Source: Ignavibacteriales bacterium
GTDB taxonomy: Bacteria; Bacteroidota; Ignavibacteria; UBA10030; UBA6906
Direction: 5' to 3'
Length of the DNA: 64,000 bases
Assembly (NCBI GenBank): GCA_037441705.1
Contig: JBBIRR010000003.1
Coordinates: 1 to 64,000, forward strand
Shown: positions 58,181 to 64,000 of the stretch, piece after piece
Position numbering within the stretch: position 1 is the stretch's first letter
Layout: every line of letters starts with the position of its first letter
Translations under genes and position numbers: made by a program
The notes under the pieces: model-generated
Databases searched by the model: none
What the model saw: the letters and a program-made list of their open reading frames with translations, nothing else
Told to the model about the DNA's origin: nothing

Positions 58181-60976
58181 ATGGCAACACTGAACGAACG
58201 GATCATCCCCGTTGATATTGAAGATGAGATGAAGGGATCGTACATCGACTACTCGATGTCGGTCATTGTGGCGCGTGCGCTGCCCGACGTGCGCGACGGC
58301 TTGAAGCCGGTTCATCGCCGCGTGTTGTTCGGCATGCACGAGCTGGGTCTCGCGTCCAACCGCCCCTACAAGAAGTCTGCCCGCATCGTGGGCGAGGTGC
58401 TCGGCAAATATCACCCCCACGGCGACGCGGCGGTGTACGATACGATGGTGCGCATGGCGCAGGATTTCTCGATGCGCTACCCGCTGGTGGACGGACAGGG
58501 GAACTTCGGTTCGATTGACGGCGACTCACCTGCGGCGATGCGGTACACCGAGGCGCGTCTGTCGCGCATTGCCGAGGAGATGCTGCGCGATCTGGAGAAG
58601 AACACCGTTGACTTCCTTCCCAACTTCGACGACACGCTGAAAGAACCCACGGTCCTGCCGGCCCTCGTGCCGAATCTGCTCGTCAACGGCACCAGCGGCA
58701 TTGCCGTCGGCATGTCCACCAACATCCCGCCGCACAATCTCTCCGAAGTGGTTGATGCCTGCATTGCCTACATCAAGGACGAGAAGATCACGAGCGAGAA
58801 GTTGATGAAGTACATCAAGGCGCCTGACTTCCCGACCGGCGGCATCATCTACGGCTACGAGGGCGTCAAGGAAGCGTACCTGACGGGCAGAGGCAAGATC
58901 ATCGTCCGGGCAAAGGCAACGATCGAAACGGACAAGAAGGATCGCCAAAACATCATCATCACCGAAATACCCTATCAGGTCAACAAGCTCAGCCTCATCG
59001 AGCGCATCGCCGAGTTGGTGAACGAGAAGAAGATCGACGACATTGCAAACGTCAACGACGAATCGGACCGGGATGGGTTCCGCATCGTCGTCTCGCTGAA
59101 GAAGGATGCGAACGCCCAGGTCGTGCTGAACAGTCTGTACAAACACACGCAGATGCAGACCACCTTCGGCGTCATCATGCTCGCGTTGGTGGACGGCAGG
59201 CCGCAGATTCTGACGCTGCGCGATCTGATCGAGAAGTTCATTCAGCATCGCAACGAAGTGGTTGTGCGGCGCGCGAAGTACGAGCTGGACGAAGCCGAGA
59301 AACGTGCGCACATCCTCGAGGGCTTCATCATCGCGCTCGACAATATCGACGCCGTTATCAAGCTGATCAAAGGGTCGAAGGATTACGATACCGCGAAGAA
59401 CGGCTTGATGAAGAAGTTCAAGCTCTCGGAGATACAGGCAAAGGCCATCCTCGACATGCGCTTGCAGCGGTTGACGGGCCTGGAGCGAAAGAAGATCGAA
59501 GAAGAGTATCGCGAGACGATCAAACTCATCGAGCAGTTGAAAGCGCTCCTGGCGAGCAAGAAACTGCAGATGCAGCTCATCGAGAAGGAGCTGCTGCAGG
59601 TGAAGGAGAAGTACGGGGACGAGCGCCGCACGGAGATCGTCTACAAAGCCGAAGAGTTCAGCATTGAAGATACGATCGCAGAGGAAGAAGTCGTCATCAC
59701 CATTTCGCACGGCGGGTACATCAAGCGCTTTCCGGTGAGCGGCTATCGGCGGCAGTCGCGTGGAACGCGCGGAGCGACCGGCGCTGCAACGCGGGAAGAC
59801 GACTTCATCGAAGCGGTGTTCATCGCCTCCACTCACGAACACATCATGCTCTTCACCGATCAGGGACGCTGCTACTGGCTGAAGGTGCATGAAATTCCCG
59901 AAGGCGGCCGGGCAACGCGCGGAAAATCCATTGCCAACCTGATCTCGAAAGGTCCGCACGAAACGATCGTTGCCTACGTTGCGGTGAAGAGCTTCGTCGA
60001 AAATCTGAACGTGGTGATGGTAACGGAACAGGGCGTGATCAAGAAGACCGCGCTTGCCGAGTTCAGCAATCCCCGCAAGACCGGCATCGGCGCGATTGGC
60101 CTGGACAAGGGCGACAGGCTCGTGGATGTCCACCTGACCGATGGAAAGAACGACGTGGTGATCGGCACAGCTGAAGGCGTCGCGATTCGTTTCCACGAAT
60201 CGGACGTGCGCGTGATGGGGAGGGCAGCCGGTGGTGTCCGTGCCATCAAGCTCGAGAAAGGTGACAAGGTGATCGGTGCAGTCGTTCTCCGCAGAGCAGG
60301 AACGTCGATCCTCGTCGCAACCGAGAACGGCTACGGCAAGCGCAGCGCTACCGACGACTATCGCGTGCAGTCGCGCGGCGGCAAAGGCATCATCACGATG
60401 AAGACCAACGAGAAGACGGGACGCATGGTCGCGATCAAAGAAGTGGCCGAGACGGACGACGTGGTCATCGTGACAGCCAACGGCATCATCCTGCGGCAGC
60501 ATGCTTCAGAGATTCGACTCGCGGGGCGCAACACGCAGGGTGTACGTCTCATCAAACTCGTCGAAGGCGACAAAGTTTCGGACGTTGCTGCCGTCCCCGC
60601 TGAAGAGGAAGAGCCGACCAACGGTGCAGCAACCATGCAAACTGCCGGCGGCGAAAAGACAAAAGCCGACGGCGACCAGCAATCACTCTTTGAAGGAGAG
60701 GATTCAGAAAAAAAAACTCTGAAGGGGGGACAGGAGAAGAAGAGTGAGCCGTCGGGGACGAAGACCGAAACAACGACATCCCCAGTCAAGCAAACGCCAA
60801 CGAAGCCGGAAAGAAAGAAGGTGCAACCGAAAGCTTCACCCGCTGTGAAGAAGACATCAGGCGGAACGAAAAAGATTCAGAAACAGCAGAAGCAAACCGG
60901 CAAGCCCGCGAGGAAACCTCAATCGAAGAAGCTCTCGAAAAAACCCGCGCCGAAAGCAGGGGGCAAGAAGAAATAG
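58181..60976 (+). CDS. gyrA: DNA gyrase subunit A with extended Lys-rich C-terminal tail
   Basis: [29 protein letters not shown] (catalytic Tyr), GyrA-box-like QSRGTRG, beta-pinwheel repeats. Confidence 0.98.
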   Translation: MATLNERIIPVDIEDEMKGSYIDYSMSVIVARALPDVRDGLKPVHRRVLFGMHELGLASNRPYKKSARIVGEVLGKYHPHGDAAVYDTMVRMAQDFSMRYPLVDGQGNFGSIDGDSPAAMRYTEARLSRIAEEMLRDLEKNTVDFLPNFDDTLKEPTVLPALVPNLLVNGTSGIAVGMSTNIPPHNLSEVVDACIAYIKDEKITSEKLMKYIKAPDFPTGGIIYGYEGVKEAYLTGRGKIIVRAKATIETDKKDRQNIIITEIPYQVNKLSLIERIAELVNEKKIDDIANVNDESDRDGFRIVVSLKKDANAQVVLNSLYKHTQMQTTFGVIMLALVDGRPQILTLRDLIEKFIQHRNEVVVRRAKYELDEAEKRAHILEGFIIALDNIDAVIKLIKGSKDYDTAKNGLMKKFKLSEIQAKAILDMRLQRLTGLERKKIEEEYRETIKLIEQLKALLASKKLQMQLIEKELLQVKEKYGDERRTEIVYKAEEFSIEDTIAEEEVVITISHGGYIKRFPVSGYRRQSRGTRGATGAATREDDFIEAVFIASTHEHIMLFTDQGRCYWLKVHEIPEGGRATRGKSIANLISKGPHETIVAYVAVKSFVENLNVVMVTEQGVIKKTALAEFSNPRKTGIGAIGLDKGDRLVDVHLTDGKNDVVIGTAEGVAIRFHESDVRVMGRAAGGVRAIKLEKGDKVIGAVVLRRAGTSILVATENGYGKRSATDDYRVQSRGGKGIITMKTNEKTGRMVAIKEVAETDDVVIVTANGIILRQHASEIRLAGRNTQGVRLIKLVEGDKVSDVAAVPAEEEEPTNGAATMQTAGGEKTKADGDQQSLFEGEDSEKKTLKGGQEKKSEPSGTKTETTTSPVKQTPTKPERKKVQPKASPAVKKTSGGTKKIQKQQKQTGKPARKPQSKKLSKKPAPKAGGKKK

Positions 60977-60991
60977 CTCGAACACCCCCGG

Positions 60992-61023
60992 CTGTTCACC
61001 GCATGGTGGACGGTGTTTGAGTT
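60992..61023 (+). terminator. Possible intrinsic terminator after gyrA
   Basis: CTGTTCACC-GCAT-GGTGGACGG hairpin (includes G-U pairs) followed by TGTTTGAGTT. Confidence 0.5.
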
Positions 61024-61048
61024 TGGATAACATCTGAGATACTCTGCC

Positions 61049-63205
61049 ATGAGAACAATTCTCCTTCTCGTCGGAATCGCTCTTGCGGTCGCAACGCCGT
61101 GCGCGTCGCAGACTCTTCATTCTCCCAACCAAAAGCTCACGCTCACGTTTTCGCTTTCCTCCGAGGGCGAGCCGATGTACAGGCTTGACTTCGGCAGAAC
61201 GCCGGTGATTCTTCCCAGCAAGCTCGGCCTGGAGGTGAAGGATGCGCCTGCATTCATGAAGGGCTTTGCGATCGCGGCAATCGAAACGACACGCGTCGAC
61301 GAGACATGGGAGCCTGTGTGGGGCGAAGTGAAACGCGTTCGCAATCAATACCGCGAGTTGAAGCTCACGCTGCGGCAGAGAGCGTCGAACGACCGGACGC
61401 TCGGGATCGTGTTTCGATTGTTCGATGAGGGACTGGCGTTCCGCTATGAGTTTGCACAGCAGAAGAACCTGAACCACTTCGTGGTCACCGACGAACGGAC
61501 GGAGTTTCAGGTAACCGGCGACCACAAAACGTTCTGGATTCCCGGCGACTTCGATACGAACGAGTATGCATACCATGAAACGCCGTTGAGTAAGGTGGAT
61601 GCGGAGATCGGCAGACGTGTCGGGGAAATCTTCACGCGCTCGCCGATCAGCACCAACTATGTGCAAACGCCCGTGCTGATGAAGACCGCGGAGCATCTCT
61701 ACATTGTTCTCTTCGAAGCTGCGCTCGTCAATTATCCAGCAATGTGTTTGCGCATCGATCGGGCTGCCGGCGGCGCGTTCACACTCACCGCTGCTCTCGC
61801 CCCCGATGCCGTTGGCAACAAGGCTTATCTGCAAACTCCCTGCACGACGCCCTGGCGTACCGTTCTGGTAAGCGACACCGCGGCAGATATTCTTGCATCG
61901 AAGATGATTCTCAATCTCAACGAGCCGTGCAGGCTGACCGACACGCGTTGGATCAAGCCAATGAAGTATGTGGGCATCTGGTGGGAGATGCATGTCGGCA
62001 AATCCTCGTGGAACTATGCCGACGTGGACAACGTCCATCTCGGCACAACAGATTGGAAAGGACTGAAGCCGAACGGCCGCCACGGAGCAACAACGGCGCG
62101 CACCAAGTACTACATTGATTTCGCCGCGAAGCACGGCTTCGACGCGGTGCTCGTCGAAGGCTGGAACGTCGGGTGGGAGGATTGGTTCGGGAAGTGGAAG
62201 GAGGAGGTGTTCGATTTCGTGACGCCGTATCCGGATTTCGATGTGGCCGAATTGCAGAAGTATGCCGAGGCGCGCGGCGTGAAGCTCATCATGCATCATG
62301 AAACGTCCGCGTCGGTCACGAACTACGAGCGCCGGATGGACGAGGCGTTCCGATTCATGAAACAGTATGGCTATGATGCGGTGAAGACGGGCTACGTCGG
62401 CAAAATCATTCCGCGGGGCGAGTACCACGACGGGCAGTGGATGACCAACCACTACGTTCGCGTCGTGGAGAAGGCGGCGAAGTACAACATCATGGTAAAT
62501 GCCCATGAGCCGGTGCGGCCGACGGGACTGCACCGCACGTATCCGAACTGGCTCGCGTGCGAAGCGGCACGGGGGAATGAGTTCAACGCGTGGAGTCAGG
62601 GAAATCCGCCGGCACACGAGACGATTCTTCCGTTCACCCGCTTGCTGGGCGGGCCGATGGATTACACGCCCGGCATCTTCGAGATCAAAATGAGTTTCTA
62701 CGATCCGAAGAAGACGGAACAGGTGCACACGACGCTTGCCAAGCAGCTTGCACTCTATGTGACGATGTACAGTCCGCTGCAGATGGCGGCGGACCTGCCC
62801 GAGAACTACGAGCGCAGGCTCGATGCGTTCCAGTTTATCAAGGACGTTGCCGTGGATTGGGACGATACGAGAATCCTCGAAGCCGAGCCGGGCGACTACA
62901 TCACCATCGCACGCAAGGCGAAAAACAGAGATGCCTGGTTCATCGGTGCTATCACCGACGAGAATTCCCGAACAGCGACTGCGCCGTTGACGTTTCTCGA
63001 TGATCATCGTCCGTACGTTGCCACCATCTATGCCGACGCTCCCGACGCGCACTGGGAGCGCAACCCGATGGCGTACACCGTGAAGCGATGGCGCGTTGAG
63101 AAAACGACCGTGCTGAAGCTGAATCTTGCGCCGGGAGGCGGCGCGGCGGTCAGCATCGTTCCTGCGCGCAACGACGAGTTACAGACGCTGCAACCCTACC
63201 GTTGA
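61049..63205 (+). CDS. Glycoside hydrolase family 97 (SusB-like alpha-glucosidase)
   Basis: Signal peptide, KYVGIWWEMH, LVEGWNVGWE, IMHHET, EAARGNE, GGPMDYTPG. Confidence 0.95.
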   Translation: MRTILLLVGIALAVATPCASQTLHSPNQKLTLTFSLSSEGEPMYRLDFGRTPVILPSKLGLEVKDAPAFMKGFAIAAIETTRVDETWEPVWGEVKRVRNQYRELKLTLRQRASNDRTLGIVFRLFDEGLAFRYEFAQQKNLNHFVVTDERTEFQVTGDHKTFWIPGDFDTNEYAYHETPLSKVDAEIGRRVGEIFTRSPISTNYVQTPVLMKTAEHLYIVLFEAALVNYPAMCLRIDRAAGGAFTLTAALAPDAVGNKAYLQTPCTTPWRTVLVSDTAADILASKMILNLNEPCRLTDTRWIKPMKYVGIWWEMHVGKSSWNYADVDNVHLGTTDWKGLKPNGRHGATTARTKYYIDFAAKHGFDAVLVEGWNVGWEDWFGKWKEEVFDFVTPYPDFDVAELQKYAEARGVKLIMHHETSASVTNYERRMDEAFRFMKQYGYDAVKTGYVGKIIPRGEYHDGQWMTNHYVRVVEKAAKYNIMVNAHEPVRPTGLHRTYPNWLACEAARGNEFNAWSQGNPPAHETILPFTRLLGGPMDYTPGIFEIKMSFYDPKKTEQVHTTLAKQLALYVTMYSPLQMAADLPENYERRLDAFQFIKDVAVDWDDTRILEAEPGDYITIARKAKNRDAWFIGAITDENSRTATAPLTFLDDHRPYVATIYADAPDAHWERNPMAYTVKRWRVEKTTVLKLNLAPGGGAAVSIVPARNDELQTLQPYR

Positions 63206-63217
63206 CCGTTCTGTGCG

Positions 63218-64000
63218 ATGACGCCTCCTCGCAGGATACTCTTCATCACGGAAGGGGGATTGGGCGATCAAGTCGCGTTGACGGCGGCTCTCCGCGTGGC
63301 AAAGGAGTCGTTCCCGCATTCGTTTGTCGCAGTCTTTGCCACGTATCGCCATCCCACCGACACGGGGAAAGAGAGACCGTTCGAGAATCTTTCTCCTTCT
63401 CCCACCGAACGCGCCAACACGGTCTTTTCAACCGATCCGAACGTGGATGAACTGTACATCCTCAACCGTTACGCGTTCAAGTCGCTTTCTCTCCGTTCGC
63501 GTCTTGCGGCGGAATGGTCGGTGGTACGGTTTCTCCGCGAGAAACACTTCGACACGGTCATCTCCACCTTTCCTCATCGTGAGCGATTCATTCTGTGGGG
63601 CCTGCTGGCAGGCGCGCGCACGCGCGTGGGCGCGCGGAATCAAGGCATGCATTGGCTCCTCACGCACGCGCCCGACATCGAAAAGGCGCAGCGTGGTGTG
63701 GTCGAGTATTATTGCGATTTGGTGCGGGCGATAGGCGGGCAGGTTCGTTCGCCGCGGACAGCGTACACCGTGCCGGACGATGCGCTGCACTGGGCTGATC
63801 GCGAACTTCGACACATCGGCGTGCGGACTGGAGCCTCGTTCGTCGCAGTCCATCCGGGGGCAAGCGGATTGTACAAAGCGTGGCCTCCCGAGCGCTACGC
63901 CGCGCTGATCGAGGCACTGCGCCGGCGGTGGCGTGTTGCCGTTGTGATGGTAGCGGGTGAACACGACCGGCAGATCGCCGATGCTCTTCAATTCCACTTA
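63218..64000 (+). CDS. Glycosyltransferase family 9 (heptosyltransferase-like); 3' end runs off the window
   Basis: Not in the ORF track. Manual translation from ATG 63218: MTPPRRILFITEGGLGDQVALT...DPNVDE...VAVHPGASGLYKAWPPERYAAL. Confidence 0.88.
   Translation, partial: MTPPRRILFITEGGLGDQVALTAALRVAKESFPHSFVAVFATYRHPTDTGKERPFENLSPSPTERANTVFSTDPNVDELYILNRYAFKSLSLRSRLAAEWSVVRFLREKHFDTVISTFPHRERFILWGLLAGARTRVGARNQGMHWLLTHAPDIEKAQRGVVEYYCDLVRAIGGQVRSPRTAYTVPDDALHWADRELRHIGVRTGASFVAVHPGASGLYKAWPPERYAALIEALRRRWRVAVVMVAGEHDRQIADALQFHL

Overview
This is a bacterial chromosomal window spanning the replication origin. It is GC-rich by eye. Gene content, sigma70-type promoters and SD motifs suggest an Ignavibacteria/Chlorobi-like relative of Bacteroidota (inference). 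Left to right it holds: a membrane gluzincin-like gene and murA; a BtuF-like binding protein, deoxynucleoside kinase, RNase HI, TSUP transporter, S41 protease and tmk; an ECF sigma factor with a toast-rack protein; a degenerate TPR-CHAT lipoprotein, an alpha/beta hydrolase and a GT4; an M23 peptidase-bactofilin-atpZIBEFHAG operon (no atpD/atpC); the dcw cluster (mraZ to ftsZ); mfd-murQ-rsmG-mnmG-mnmE-yidC-yidD-rnpA-rpmH; oriC/dnaA-dnaN-recF-dciA-gyrB-gyrA; then GH97 and GT9. I found no CRISPR array, rRNA, tRNA or intact mobile element. The window is mostly housekeeping. The most notable oddities are: (1) an intact but internally deleted, catalytically dead 'mini-MurB' and an uncharacterised membrane gene inside the dcw cluster; (2) a GyrA with a clamp-binding-like QQSLF motif and a long Lys-rich tail; (3) an exported TPR-CHAT pseudoprotease next to an ECF sigma module; (4) a truncated toxin-antitoxin-like nucleotidyltransferase module between gyrB and gyrA; (5) two parS sites bracketing mnmG, with no parAB nearby; (6) a Bacillus-like basal unwinding system (tandem DnaA boxes plus DnaA-trios) between dnaA and dnaN. 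All calls come from manual motif reading; no database searches were run.
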